From NCBI GenBank assembly GCA_964573295.1, contig CAZNJE010000025.1, positions 1 to 61,995 of the forward strand: a DNA stretch of 61,995 nucleotides, read 5' to 3'. The notes under the pieces were generated by a model. The model was not told the DNA's origin. It did no database searches and was given only the letters and a program-made list of their open reading frames with translations. Both the position numbers and the translations under genes were made by a program. Below are positions 27,871 to 38,300 of the stretch, piece by piece. The stretch is from an uncultured bacterium (lineage in GTDB: Bacteria; Eisenbacteria; RBG-16-71-46; CAIMUX01; WJJG01). How positions within the stretch are numbered: position 1 is the stretch's first letter; each line of letters opens with the position of its first letter.

Positions 27871-28832
27871 CACTGGCCTCCCGCCGCGCCCTGGCCCTGC
27901 TCGACCAGGTCGCCGGTTTCGGTGAAGTGCTTGTCCCGCTGGACGCCAGCCTGTTCCAGAAAGATGTCGTAGAGAGAGGGCTCGCTGACATCGAAAGTCT
28001 TGACCGTGACCTTGCCCACCAGGGCGGCGAGCAGAGCCTGGGGATCGGCATCCTCGTTCAGAAACACCTCCCAATCGTTGCCGTATTCGCGTACCCGCTC
28101 AACCATCGGCAGCTCGCGCACGAAGGAGGCGTCCCCCTCGGTGCTCAAGTGCACAGCGCGGCTCGGTACATCCGCCTTGATCGAACGCAGGGTGCCGTCG
28201 AGAACCTTCCTGCCCTGGTGGATCATGAGGATCGAGTCGCATAAGCGCTCGGCATGTTCCATCATGTGAGTCGAGAAGATCACCGTTCGCCCCTGACGCC
28301 GGTATTCCAGCATCGCGTCTTTGAGCGCTTCCAAGTTGACCGGATCGAGACCGGAGAAGGGCTCATCGAGGATGAGAAGATCGGGTTCGTGAATGATGGT
28401 GGAGATGAATTGCAGCTTCTGTTGCATTCCCTTCGAGAGGGTGTCGACGGTGGTCATCTTCCACTTCCCCAGATCGAAGCGGTCCATGAGATCTATCGCC
28501 CGCTCCCGCGCCTCGCGGAAGGGTACGCCCTTGAGCGCACCGATGTAGGCCACGAAGTCGATGCACCGCATCTTCTTGTACATTCCGCGTTCTTCGGGCA
28601 GATAGCCCAGGCGACTGCGAATGGCTGCCGGATCCCGTTCCCCCAACACCTCCACGGTGCCCTCATCGGGGCGAATGATGTCGACGACGATGCGTAGCGT
28701 CGTCGTCTTGCCGGCACCATTGGGGCCGATGAAGCCGTAGAGGCTCCCGGCGGGAATCTCGACCGACACGTCATCCACCGCGACATGATCACCAAAGGTC
28801 TTGCGGATGTGACTCAACTTCAGAGCGGTCAT
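27870..28832 (-). CDS. ABC transporter ATP-binding protein (DUF4162 C-terminus)
   Basis: GPNGAGKTT, LSKGMQQK, ILDEPFSGLDP, PSLYDIF. Confidence 0.93.
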   Translation of the reverse strand: MTALKLSHIRKTFGDHVAVDDVSVEIPAGSLYGFIGPNGAGKTTTLRIVVDIIRPDEGTVEVLGERDPAAIRSRLGYLPEERGMYKKMRCIDFVAYIGALKGVPFREARERAIDLMDRFDLGKWKMTTVDTLSKGMQQKLQFISTIIHEPDLLILDEPFSGLDPVNLEALKDAMLEYRRQGRTVIFSTHMMEHAERLCDSILMIHQGRKVLDGTLRSIKADVPSRAVHLSTEGDASFVRELPMVERVREYGNDWEVFLNEDADPQALLAALVGKVTVKTFDVSEPSLYDIFLEQAGVQRDKHFTETGDLVEQGQGAAGGQ

Positions 28833-28902
28833 TCAGTGTGCCTCCATGGAAATCGAATGCACGCTAGGCGGGGAGGCCGGGGAAGTCAAGCCGGGGCGGA
28901 GT

Positions 28903-29763
28903 TCAGGGCAACCTCCGGACAGGGTGTCCGGGATGGACGGGGTGTCCGGGATGTCCGGGGTGTCCGGGATGGCCGAGGTGGGCGAGGTGGGCGAGGTAGC
29001 GAGCGTACTTGCCGCGTGTGGCTGGCTTCCAGGGCACCCCGAGTTCATCGAGGAAGCAGTGGAGCCGGTTCTCCCAGTCCGGTGCGTCGCCGGTGCCGAT
29101 CTCCAGCTCCAATTCGAAACCGGTGACGCCATCCGGATAGCGTGTGAGATCGAGCTCGAGGTGTGCTCGGGTTGCCTCCGTCGCTTCGCCGGGGGTGTCC
29201 GGGAAGCCGTAGCGCTGACGCAGGTTGCGTGCGGCGCCGTGGACACGGACCGCATTCAAGTCCACGCCCAGCGAGCAGGCCTCCATAAGCGGGGATGGGA
29301 GCGGTGACTGCGCGAAGACCTGAGCCGCGGCTTCGCCTGCCACGAGGCGTTCGGCTTGCTCCGGCTCCAGGGGGCTTTCGTACTCGGATCGCTCGTACAG
29401 CACGCCGGAGGTCCGGGAGGGCCCCTTGAGCGAAAGCACCCAGGTTGGGTCGAACCCCCACTTCGGCGCGGCAGGCTGCATGGGCCGGCCCCGCTCGTCA
29501 GGAGGAGTGGTCGGCGCGACGGATGCGTCCGCGAGCGAAATGTCAGCCTCGAGCCACCCAACGGCCTCTGCCAGGGAGGCCGGGGGGGGCACTGAAAGCC
29601 GGCGGCGCAGCCGTAGGCCGCATCGCGCTTCCCTCAGACGGCCGTCCTCATCATCGAGGTAGTGATTGTCCTGCAGCACCGTCTCTGCCGGGCAATCCAG
29701 AACGCGCATGAGCCGGACGGCTGAGGCGTCATCCAGCTCGATTTTCAGCTCCCGCTCCTGCAC
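28903..29763 (-). CDS. CYTH domain protein with (AHL)n(GHP)n tail
   Basis: ERELK, Q.NHYLD, GLRLR, LSLKGP, R.EYE, LELD, FELELE. GTG start with GAGGAGG RBS. 9-bp repeats at ~28920-28998. Confidence 0.82.
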   Translation of the reverse strand: MQERELKIELDDASAVRLMRVLDCPAETVLQDNHYLDDEDGRLREARCGLRLRRRLSVPPPASLAEAVGWLEADISLADASVAPTTPPDERGRPMQPAAPKWGFDPTWVLSLKGPSRTSGVLYERSEYESPLEPEQAERLVAGEAAAQVFAQSPLPSPLMEACSLGVDLNAVRVHGAARNLRQRYGFPDTPGEATEATRAHLELDLTRYPDGVTGFELELEIGTGDAPDWENRLHCFLDELGVPWKPATRGKYARYLAHLAHLGHPGHPGHPGHPVHPGHPVRRLP

Positions 29764-29815
29764 GGTGCTGCCTCCTCGCGTTCGTGGGCCCGTTCGTGGG
29801 TCCCTTTGTGTGTCT

Positions 29816-29920
29816 GGCCGTGGTCTCGATCGGGCCCTACCGCGGATCCGGCTGTGGCCTCGATCGGGGCCTACCGCGGATCCGGCTGTGGCCTCGATCG
29901 GGGCCTGCACGCGGAGCCGG
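29816..29920. repeat. 34-bp tandem repeat x3
   Basis: GGCTGTGGCCTCGATCGGGGCCTACCGCGGATCC-like units at 29816, 29850 and 29884. Confidence 0.9.
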
Positions 29921-29975
29921 AGGATGTCTTGATCGTGTTCCACCCGAGGTTCGGGCGGTGCGACCAACGTCAGTA

Positions 29976-30172
29976 GGAGTGTGGCTCAAGTGGGGAAGGA
30001 CCGCAAGAGTCTCTGTGGCAATCCGATAGCCCGATCTGCCGCCTTCCGGTCGTGGGGGACACGACAAGGGCACCGGCCCCCGCAAGGCGGCCAGTGCCCT
30101 CGTCTACACTAGGAGATACACTCCCGCGACCGTGGATCCAAGGCGGGACGCAGAGCGTCCCCTTCGCGGTCG
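29976..30172. ncRNA. candidate structured RNA, family unassigned
   Basis: Closing stem GGAGTGT/ACACTCC encloses GGAAGG/CCTTCC, GTCGTG/CACGAC and AGGGCAC..GCAA..GTGCCCT hairpins. A further hairpin lies at 30127-30172. Confidence 0.45.
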
Positions 30173-30201
30173 AATCTGTGTGCTGTGAAGGAACGTGGTT
30201 A

Positions 30202-30231
30202 ATGATACCAGATCCGAAGCTTCGCCAGCAA
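30202..30231 (-). promoter_or_regulatory. sigma70-like extended -10 promoter (leftward)
   Basis: TTGCTG-18nt-TATCAT with TGn. The same TGGTATCATT occurs at 40401-40410. Confidence 0.4.
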
Positions 30232-30357
30232 AGTATGATGGCGGCTCGCTGGCCAGGATCAGCCAGACGTGCCGCCCGGCCGACGTGATCCCCGGCGCCG
30301 CAGCCGCCAAGCCTGCCGGGCATCCCGACCCGAGCGGTAGCCGCATCCGTACCTGGA

Positions 30358-30386
30358 TTGACACCACGAGGTGGCGTCGTCAAGAT
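30358..30386 (+). promoter_or_regulatory. sigma70-like promoter of the leuC/D-type operon
   Basis: TTGACA-17nt-CAAGAT, about 105 nt upstream of ATG 30492. Confidence 0.5.
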
Positions 30387-30491
30387 GTGGAACTTCGAGT
30401 GGCGCCGTCGCGGCCACTGGCCGGCGCCCTGGGAGGCACGCACGCGGCAATGGCAAGGCGGAGCAGAGCCTCCGCTGCGGGAGGATTGACT

Positions 30492-31754
30492 ATGGGTAAG
30501 ACCTTCAGCGAGAAGGCGCTGGGGAAGAACGTCGGGCGTGAGGTGACGGCCGGCGAGATCATCCAGGCCTCTCCGGATCTCTGCATGTCCCACGACAACT
30601 CGGCGGCCATCTCGGGGACCTTCAAGAAGCTCGGGGTCGACGAAGTGCGATATCCCGACCGCATCGCGATTGTCCTCGATCATTGCGTGCCGGCTGCCGG
30701 CGCCAAGTACGCTCAGAACCACAAGACCGTACGCGAGTTCGTCGCCGAGCAAAGGATCTCGCGCTTCCACGACATCCATGTCGGGATCTGCCATCAGGTG
30801 CTTCCGGAGCAAGGTCACGTCGTCCCGGGCACCCTCATCGTGGGTAGCGATAGCCACACGTGCACCTACGGCGCCTTCGGGGCCTTCTCGACCGGCATCG
30901 GCCGTAGCGAGGCGGCGGTGACGTGGGCTACTGGGGAGATCTGGCTCAAGGTACCCGAGACGATGCGTATCGAGGTGACCGGTGAGTTGCAGCCGTTCGT
31001 GACGGCCAAGGATATCGCCCTGAAGCTCATCGGCGACTACGGTGCCGACGGGGGGCTCTACAAGGCACTGGAGTTCACCGGACCGGTCGTAGAGGAGATG
31101 TCGATTGCCTCCCGCATGGTGCTGTGTAACCTGGCCGTCGAGTTCGGGGCGAAGAACGGCTATACCCCCGCCGACGAGAAGGTGCGCGACTACCTTGCCG
31201 AGCGCGTGCCGAGTGACCGGTTGGAGCAGGCGGAGTACCTCTTCAGTGACGCCGATGCCGCCATCGCCGAGAGCGTGACGATGGACATGACCGGTGTGAG
31301 TCCCCAGGTGGCCTGCCCTCACACGGTCGACAACACCAAGCCGATCGACGAGGTGGCCGGCACACCGATTCAGCAAGTGTTCCTTGGCACTTGCACCAAT
31401 GGCCGGATCGAGGACTTCGAGCTGGCGTTGCGCATCCTGAAGGGCAAGCGCGTCGCGAGCGGCACACGACTGCTGGTGGGTCCTGCCTCGGCGGAGATCT
31501 ACACGGAGCTGGCCATTCAGGGCATGCTGAGCGACTTCCTCGAGGCCGGCGCCGTGATCATCAATCCAGGCTGTGGTCCTTGCCTGGGCGCGCACGAAGG
31601 GGTGCTGGCCGACGGAGAAGCCTGCCTCTCGACCATGAACCGCAACTTCAAGGGCCGCATGGGCAATCCGAACAGCGAGATCTACCTGGCCTCGCCTGCC
31701 GTGGCAGCGGCGACCGCCGTGACCGGCAAGATCACCGACCCCAGGTCGTTGTGA
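30492..31754 (+). CDS. leuC: 3-isopropylmalate dehydratase/homoaconitase large subunit (archaeal-type short form)
   Basis: HDN, DH, GICHQ, DSHTCT, GTCTNGR, CGPCLG, NRNFKGRMG. GGAGG RBS. Substrate not resolved. Confidence 0.88.
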   Translation: MGKTFSEKALGKNVGREVTAGEIIQASPDLCMSHDNSAAISGTFKKLGVDEVRYPDRIAIVLDHCVPAAGAKYAQNHKTVREFVAEQRISRFHDIHVGICHQVLPEQGHVVPGTLIVGSDSHTCTYGAFGAFSTGIGRSEAAVTWATGEIWLKVPETMRIEVTGELQPFVTAKDIALKLIGDYGADGGLYKALEFTGPVVEEMSIASRMVLCNLAVEFGAKNGYTPADEKVRDYLAERVPSDRLEQAEYLFSDADAAIAESVTMDMTGVSPQVACPHTVDNTKPIDEVAGTPIQQVFLGTCTNGRIEDFELALRILKGKRVASGTRLLVGPASAEIYTELAIQGMLSDFLEAGAVIINPGCGPCLGAHEGVLADGEACLSTMNRNFKGRMGNPNSEIYLASPAVAAATAVTGKITDPRSL

Positions 31755-31796
31755 TGAGGAACGCGTAGAAACCGATCATAGGGGGAGAAACAAGAG

Positions 31797-32306
31797 ATGG
31801 CCGAATTGGATCTGATCACGGGCAAGACCTGGAAATACGGAGACAACATCAATACAGACGTTATCTTTCCCGGCAAGTACACCTATACGATCACTGATCC
31901 GAAGGAGATGGCAGAGCATGCGCTGGAGGATCTGGATCCCGAGTTCGCCAAGAAGGTTGAACCCGGAGATGTGATCGTCGCGGGCAAGAACTTCGGCTGC
32001 GGGAGTTCGCGCGAACAAGCCGCCTTCTGCCTGACCGCCAATCAGGTGGGTGCGGTGGTGGCAGCTAGCTTCTCGCGGATTTTCTTCCGGAACGCGATCA
32101 ATGCGGGATTGCCCACCATCGAGATTCCAGGCATTGCCGAGAAGATCGAGGCGGGCGAGCAGGTGGAAATCGATCTGGAAAAGGGTGTGCTTCGTTGTCA
32201 GGCAGGTGAGTTCAAGTTCCCGGCGCTTCCGCCGGAGGTCATTGGAATCGTGCAGGCCGGCGGACTCGTGCCCTACACTCGTAGGCGCCTTGGTACCGGG
32301 GCTTAG
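31797..32306 (+). CDS. leuD: 3-isopropylmalate dehydratase/homoaconitase small subunit
   Basis: [37 protein letters not shown]. Confidence 0.88.
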   Translation: MAELDLITGKTWKYGDNINTDVIFPGKYTYTITDPKEMAEHALEDLDPEFAKKVEPGDVIVAGKNFGCGSSREQAAFCLTANQVGAVVAASFSRIFFRNAINAGLPTIEIPGIAEKIEAGEQVEIDLEKGVLRCQAGEFKFPALPPEVIGIVQAGGLVPYTRRRLGTGA

Positions 32307-32335
32307 CCAAACCCGGGCGGTCTCCGGGGTTTGGC
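32306..32335 (+). terminator. hairpin immediately after the leuD-type gene
   Basis: GCCAAACCC...GGGTTTGGC stem with no U-tract. Confidence 0.35.
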
Positions 32336-32501
32336 CAAGACACGGCGGTCCCCGGGGGCAACTGCGTGAGAGAATCTCAACCGAGTCCGATGCCGGCCCG
32401 TTTCCGGCGAGGGAGCCGAATGTAGGAACGGATGAAGCGCAGGCGGAAGGGGATAGCTTGAAGGCGCCTCAGTTCGGCGCCTGGGAAGGAAGATATCAAC
32501 G

Positions 32502-32882
32502 ATGGACATGCGGAGCAGGTTTCCTGATCGGAAGATCTCGGAGACAATCATCGACTTCGCCAAGCCGGTTCTCGAGATGCTCCCACCGGATGCCACACCT
32601 GAGGCTGTCACCGACGTCATCAAAATCACCTCTCTTGCCTGGAACGCAGTCGTGTTCGCGGACGCCAAGGGAAATGATGAGTACCTGCGAGAGCTAAGGA
32701 CGAGACTGGCTGAGCATCCTGACAGAGCCGTCTTCATGAATCTGCTCGTTGAGCGAAAGCGGAGCTGTTTCTCGGAGGATATGCGGCTTATCGGCGACTA
32801 CCGGGTGTCTTGGAGCAACGGCGAAATCCATCTGTGGGCTGAAGCGCGATCTCCGTTCGTCGGGCAGAACTCGGAAGGATGA
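32502..32882 (+). CDS. hypothetical protein
   Basis: 126 aa with RBS. KISETIIDFAKP..AWNA..RK..F..D.RLI.DY pattern. Closely spaced with the downstream gene. Confidence 0.75.
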   Translation: MDMRSRFPDRKISETIIDFAKPVLEMLPPDATPEAVTDVIKITSLAWNAVVFADAKGNDEYLRELRTRLAEHPDRAVFMNLLVERKRSCFSEDMRLIGDYRVSWSNGEIHLWAEARSPFVGQNSEG

Positions 32883-32886
32883 CCAA

Positions 32887-33639
32887 ATGGGCGAGTTGCA
32901 GCTCTTGGTAGACTTTTACAAGAATGCCTACCGGCAGGGTCCTGGAGGGGATGCAGAGACTGAGAAGGCTATCGCCCTGACCTCGCTGGATCGGGCGACT
33001 CCACTGAAGATTGCCGACATTGGGTGCGGGACAGGTGCATCCTCTCTCGTGCTTGCCCGGCTCTTGAATGCTGAAGTCACAGCGGTGGACTTCCTTGACG
33101 AGTTTCTTGAAATGCTCAAGGTACGGTCCGAGAGCTTGGGCCTGTCCGACAAGATAACGACTCTTGCCTGCTCGATGGACAGCCTGCCGTTTGGCGATGA
33201 AGAGTACGATGTCATCTGGTCCGAAGGGGCAATCTACAACATGGGGTTTGCCAATGGGGCCAGAGCCTGGAATCGCTTCCTGAAAGCCGGTGGCCTGCTC
33301 GTGGTGTCGGAGATCACTTGGCTCACCGCATCGCGTCCAGCAGAACTCGAAGAGCACTGGACCAACGAGTATCCGGAGATCGATCTGGCCTCGTCGAAAC
33401 TGCGCGTGCTGGAAGCATGCGGCTATTCACCGATTGGATACTTCACCTTGCCGGAACTCTGTTGGCTGGAAAACTTCTATGAGCCCATGCAGGAGATGTT
33501 TGGCGACTTCCTCGAACGGCATGGTCACAGCGAAGACGCACAAAGGATCGTTGAAGCCGAGAAGAAGGAAATCGACCTCTTCTCGAACTACAGGGGTTAC
33601 TACAACTACGGGGTCTATCTCGCCAGGAAAGTGGAGTAG
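32887..33639 (+). CDS. class I SAM-dependent methyltransferase
   Basis: RQGPG, IADIGCGTG, DVIWSEGAIY. Confidence 0.9.
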   Translation: MGELQLLVDFYKNAYRQGPGGDAETEKAIALTSLDRATPLKIADIGCGTGASSLVLARLLNAEVTAVDFLDEFLEMLKVRSESLGLSDKITTLACSMDSLPFGDEEYDVIWSEGAIYNMGFANGARAWNRFLKAGGLLVVSEITWLTASRPAELEEHWTNEYPEIDLASSKLRVLEACGYSPIGYFTLPELCWLENFYEPMQEMFGDFLERHGHSEDAQRIVEAEKKEIDLFSNYRGYYNYGVYLARKVE

Positions 33640-33661
33640 CAGTGGAGGAGTAGCCACCACT

Positions 33662-34324
33662 ATGGAAAACCCGTGGCTCGACATTCCCGCCTCGGAATAC
33701 GAAGCACACATGTCGCTACCCGAGGTGGCGCAAGCTCAAGCCCTGAGCTCGCTGATGGCTGCCGCACTGAAGCAGTATGAGCCGGATTCGGTCGCCGTGA
33801 TCGGTTGTTCCACGGGAAATGGCTTCGAGCACATCGACATCAGGCGTACGCGCCGCGTCGTGGGTCTTGACATCAACCCTCTTTACCTGGAGTACCTCCG
33901 GGCCAGATACGAAGAGCGGATCCCCGGACTCGAACTGATCGATGCCGATGTCGCCGCGCCGGGTTTTCGAATGGCGCCGGTGTCGATGGCGTTCGCTGGA
34001 TTGATTTTCGAGTATGTCAATGTGAAGCAGGCATTGTCGAACATTGAACGCAGCTTGAATCCGGGAGGGCTCTTGCTGGCCGTGCTGCAGGAGAGAAGCG
34101 CCGAGGAAACGCCGGTGACCGCTACGAAGTACGAAAGCCTGGCTCGATTGGCACCGATCATGAGATTGGTGCCAACGGGAGAGTTCTCGCGCGCCTGTGA
34201 GAACCTCGGTCTTCGAGCGATCAAAACTGATCAGATGCCTTTGAAGCGCGGGAAAGCGTTCTTCATCGGACTCTACCAGAAGGAGTGTGCGGGGTATGGC
34301 GGGGATGGGAGGTTGGGGGGATGA
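33662..34324 (+). CDS. class I SAM-dependent methyltransferase
   Basis: NPWLDIP..YEAHM, VIGCSTGNG, GLDINP, LIFEYV. GGAGG RBS. Confidence 0.85.
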   Translation: MENPWLDIPASEYEAHMSLPEVAQAQALSSLMAAALKQYEPDSVAVIGCSTGNGFEHIDIRRTRRVVGLDINPLYLEYLRARYEERIPGLELIDADVAAPGFRMAPVSMAFAGLIFEYVNVKQALSNIERSLNPGGLLLAVLQERSAEETPVTATKYESLARLAPIMRLVPTGEFSRACENLGLRAIKTDQMPLKRGKAFFIGLYQKECAGYGGDGRLGG

Positions 34325-34374
34325 GGGGATGAGGGCTGACCGCGAGGTTGGAGACCCCGCGTGTTGAGCAGTCC

Positions 34375-34417
34375 GCCTCGTGACGGCTCGTGACGCCTCG
34401 TGGCGGCTCGTGACGCC
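34375..34417. repeat. 10-bp tandem repeat x4 (GSCTCGTGRC)
   Basis: Lies between convergent genes. Confidence 0.85.
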
Positions 34418-34517
34418 AGCCGACGAGTGATGGTGCAGGCTACTCCCAGCAGAAATCGGCCCCAGGCACTCTCCGATAGGATTGTGCCCGCTCACGTCCC
34501 GACAGGAATGAAACCGC

Positions 34518-35138
34518 TCATTCGCCGACGAGGATCAACTCGAAACCGGTCTGCATGATCAGCTGGCGGAAGAGGTAGATCCGCACCTGCCAGTCGCCAA
34601 CCCGGAAATTTTTCTGCTCTTGGGGCTTGTGTGCTTCGAGATCATACTTGTCGGGCCCGACGCCATAGCGCGCTTCCATCTCGAAGACGCCCTCGACAGG
34701 ATCGAGATAGACGAACTTGTCGGCCCAAGCCTGACGATTCTCCGCGGAGGGCCAATCGGAGGCCTTGACGAAGACCTCCTTGGTGTACATCTCCTTGCCG
34801 GTTGGGCTGACGAACATCACGTGCATGAGAACCGGCTCGTTTCCATCTAGGCCTTCGAGCCTCACGACCGCCCGGACATCGCGGCGGTCCTGGATCTCGA
34901 ACTCCCGGCCTACGCCCAAGCGTTCGCCGGTAGCGAGCGACGTGATTCGATAGAGGAACAGGTGGGCTTGTCCCTCTTCCCAAGGATCAGACAGGGCGAC
35001 GGTTAGCGTGTCGACATCGGAGGGTGCCACGGTGCCGTAGTTCTCACAGCCGGTGTTTGTGAGTGTCAGCCCCGACCAGATCATGCAGGCGGTCAAGATA
35101 AGGAAGCCGGTGTTTCGAGTAGAGCGGCGTTCTCGCAT
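34518..35138 (-). CDS. hypothetical lipoprotein
   Basis: Basic n-region, hydrophobic core and NTGC lipobox. GGGAG RBS. Confidence 0.72.
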   Translation of the reverse strand: MRERRSTRNTGFLILTACMIWSGLTLTNTGCENYGTVAPSDVDTLTVALSDPWEEGQAHLFLYRITSLATGERLGVGREFEIQDRRDVRAVVRLEGLDGNEPVLMHVMFVSPTGKEMYTKEVFVKASDWPSAENRQAWADKFVYLDPVEGVFEMEARYGVGPDKYDLEAHKPQEQKNFRVGDWQVRIYLFRQLIMQTGFELILVGE

Positions 35139-35246
35139 TCCATTCTCCCCCTTGGCGTCACCATAGCGAATGAGTCGGGCAGAAGAAAGCCCGCACATGG
35201 GAGTGATGATCCCATGTGCGGGCCAATTCCCCGAGGCCGGCTTGAA

Positions 35247-35350
35247 GGCTCAGCCCTCGTGGCCGGCTGGCGGGCTCAGCCCTCGTGGCCGGCTGGCGGG
35301 CTCAGCCCTCGTGGCCGGCTCGTGGCCCCAGCCCTGTCAGCCGGCTGGGG
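35247..35350. repeat. 26-bp tandem repeat x3-4
   Basis: GGCTCAGCCCTCGTGGCCGGCTGGCG at 35247, 35273 and 35299. Confidence 0.9.
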
Positions 35351-35369
35351 GCCGAGTCTCGGTCCGTGC

Positions 35370-38300
35370 CTACCGGAGAACCAGAAGCTGGCGCGAATGA
35401 AGCGTGCCGTTTGCCTCCAGCTTGTAGAAGTAGATCCCGCTGCCGACCTGGAAGTCGTGCGCATCCCGGCCATCCCAGCGGACGCTATGCTGTCCGGCCG
35501 GGAGCCCGCCGTCGATCAGTGTCCGCACCAGGCGGCCATTGGTGTCGAAGATCTGCAGCTTCGCCGGCGTCGACTGGGGCAGGTCGAATCGGATCGATGT
35601 TCCTGAATCACGAGCCCCGAACGGATTCGGCGTGCACTGGTGCAAGGCCAGACGCGTGGGGATCAATTCGAGATCGTCATTGCCAGAGGGGCTGGGAGAG
35701 TCGCTGATGACGCTGACGTCATCGATGTACCAACCCTCGGCGGCGGTTCCCCCATCACTGCCGAAGCGGAAGCGCAAGCGAACCGATCCCTCGACGCCCT
35801 CGAGCACGATCTGCCCCTCGGTCCACCCGAAGGCGCCGGAGTACACGGGTGTGCCGACCGGGAACGGACCCGGATCGGACGACCCATGGCGGATCGAGTG
35901 GGTGTAGCCTCCCACGGGGGTTACCCGGTTCCAGGATCCCTGGTTGATCGACATCTCGATCAAGCCTCCGTCGTAAGCTTCGTTCGGGTAGGTCCCGCTC
36001 TGCTCGGCTTCCATCCAATGCCAGAAGCTGATCGTGGCGGTCCCGCCGACGGCGAACGCCTCGGAGACCAAGGCCCCGTCGCTCAGGTTGGCGTAATCGC
36101 CGCTTCCCGCGTCGCCGAACTTCCAGGAGGTGCTTCCCCCCAAGGTGTGATTGCGAGTCGCGGACTGGTGCCACTGGTCGACGAACCCGTCGGTGACCAC
36201 CATGTGCGACCAGGTGCCCACACCGGCTTCCATGTCATCCTCGAAGATCGGCGGCATGACCCAGAAGTCATAGCGCTGGTAGGGGGCGCCGTGCGGATCC
36301 TTCGATGCGTTGCCCGCGGCATCCGCGGCCGTCAAGTAGTAGGCGACGTATGAGGTATATGGCTGTCCGGGGATATCGGCCTTGTAGAGGCTTCCCTCTA
36401 CCAAACTCATTGGCACCGTAGTCCAGCCGCTTCCGTGAGCGTTGTAATGCAGCGAAAGATCACCGAAGCTCGAGTACTCCGTCACGGTGCTGTAGATTTC
36501 GTAGGGGCCGCTGGTGTCCATCGTATTGGCGTAAACAGTCGTTTCCGTAAAGATGGGCGCCATATCATCATGCAGGAAGTAAGGAATGTTGGTGATCTCG
36601 TCCTCGGTGATGACGATCGGATAGAGCGTGTCAGCCTCGAAACTCACGTGATCGGCGACCACATGGTAGTACCCCGGCTCGAGATCGGTGCCGAAGGTCC
36701 CGTCGGGCCCGGAGGTCATCTGCACGCCACTCTCGAGGACCGTGATCGTGGCGTTCTCGAGCGGGGCGTTTCCATCCGACGCATTGTAGACCACGCCGTT
36801 CAGCGTGCCGCTCGGCAGATCGGCCAGGGGCATGAAAAGAACCGCCCGCCCAGCAACGACCGGAGCGGCGCCGGGACCCGGATGGTCGAAGTATTCGTAG
36901 AGCACGCCGTCGGTGTTTTCCCCGTTCATGATGCCGGCGGTGGCGTATTGCTGCTGATTGTCGACGTTGTTGACCGTGTTGTATTGGAAGAGGATCATTC
37001 CGTCGCCGGTATCGGTTTCGTGATGGGCCGGATCGTAGAGAATGATCTGGAACTTCTGGCGATAGCTGCTGGGATTGGTATCCAGCACACTCCGCACGTT
37101 ATCCCATTCGATTATGTAGCGGTGACCGGCGGCATCGTGGTGGTGATAGACCTTGTCGCTGCCGCTCTGACAAAGATTGTCCCACCACGGTGCGATCATG
37201 TAGGCCGGAGCTCCTGCGGATGGGATGTTCCAGTTGCGATAGTTCGTGATGTAGGTGTAGCCCATGGCAATCCAGCCATTCGAGCAGATGCTGAGACGGT
37301 TGAACGTCTCCCCGTAGTACTGGAACTCGAACGGCAGATCCAGGGTCATGGTGTCATCTCCCTGGTTGCCATAGTCGCCTAGTCCGACGGCCGTACCTGG
37401 GCCGCCGAAATTCGGCGAAATCTCCACCCAGTCATAGGTGGGGGCATGTTCGTAGTCGGTGTCGGTGTTGTCGAAGGCGTAGTAACCGTAGCCGTCCGGA
37501 CCCGATGGGTCATCCGAGCTGCGAGTTCCAACCGGGATGGCGAAGAAGAGCGTGTCGCGGGCGCCACCGTTGAAGGTCAGCACGAGCTCCATGTTGGCTA
37601 CATGGCCATGGTAGCACTCAGGCGCGGCGCTGATGCCGAAGGTATTGTTCGTGTTCTCGCCCTGAGATCCGGGACCGATGTTGCTCCAAGCCCCGTTAGG
37701 ATCGGTGACCGAGAGCCACTGGCTTCGCGCGGATAGCGTTCCGGTGATTCCCGACGCGGTCTCTCCGCCGGCATTGTAGATCACGACGCTGATCTGGCCC
37801 GATTCGCCGGGGTCCACCTGCGTTCCCAGGCCGTAGAGCGTTTCTCCGTAGTAGGAGAACGAGGGCGCCACCACCGGGATCTCGATGACCGAATGCCAGG
37901 AGCTGGTGCCGGAGGCAACATCGAGCCCCAGCATGATCACATGGCCGTGCGGGGTGCCGGGCGCGATCTGGATGTCGAAATCCTCCTGTGACCACCCCGT
38001 AGCACCGGGGGCAAGATCCGGGAAGCTCTCGTTTCCGTCGATGATCGTGACATACGGATCATTGCAGGTCAGCGTGCCGGTGAGACCGGTGACCGTTTGG
38101 GAGCCGAAGTTCTTGACCTCGACGGGAAGCTCGATCGTCTCGCTCGGGTTGAGCACGCCGTTGCCATTGCCCGAACTGCCGCCGCTGCCATCGTCGTCGA
38201 TCACATAGCTGTGTTGCGCGACGAAGCGGCTCTGCTGGCCGATGCTCAGGCTGCCAAGATGGGGAATGAAGTTGTGAGCGGTGACCGTGACCAGCATCTC

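Noticed and set aside
30030-30060. SRP RNA helix 8 on the minus strand (CC-GGAA-GG..GCAG)
   Set aside because: The conserved CAGG/AGCA internal loop and the flanking pairing do not fit.
32415-32478. Degenerate integron attC (GCCGAAT...GTTCGGC) before cassette-like genes
   Set aside because: The inner L boxes pair poorly, there are no attC sites after the following genes, and there is no integrase. A local AGGCGCC/GGCGCCT hairpin explains the signal.
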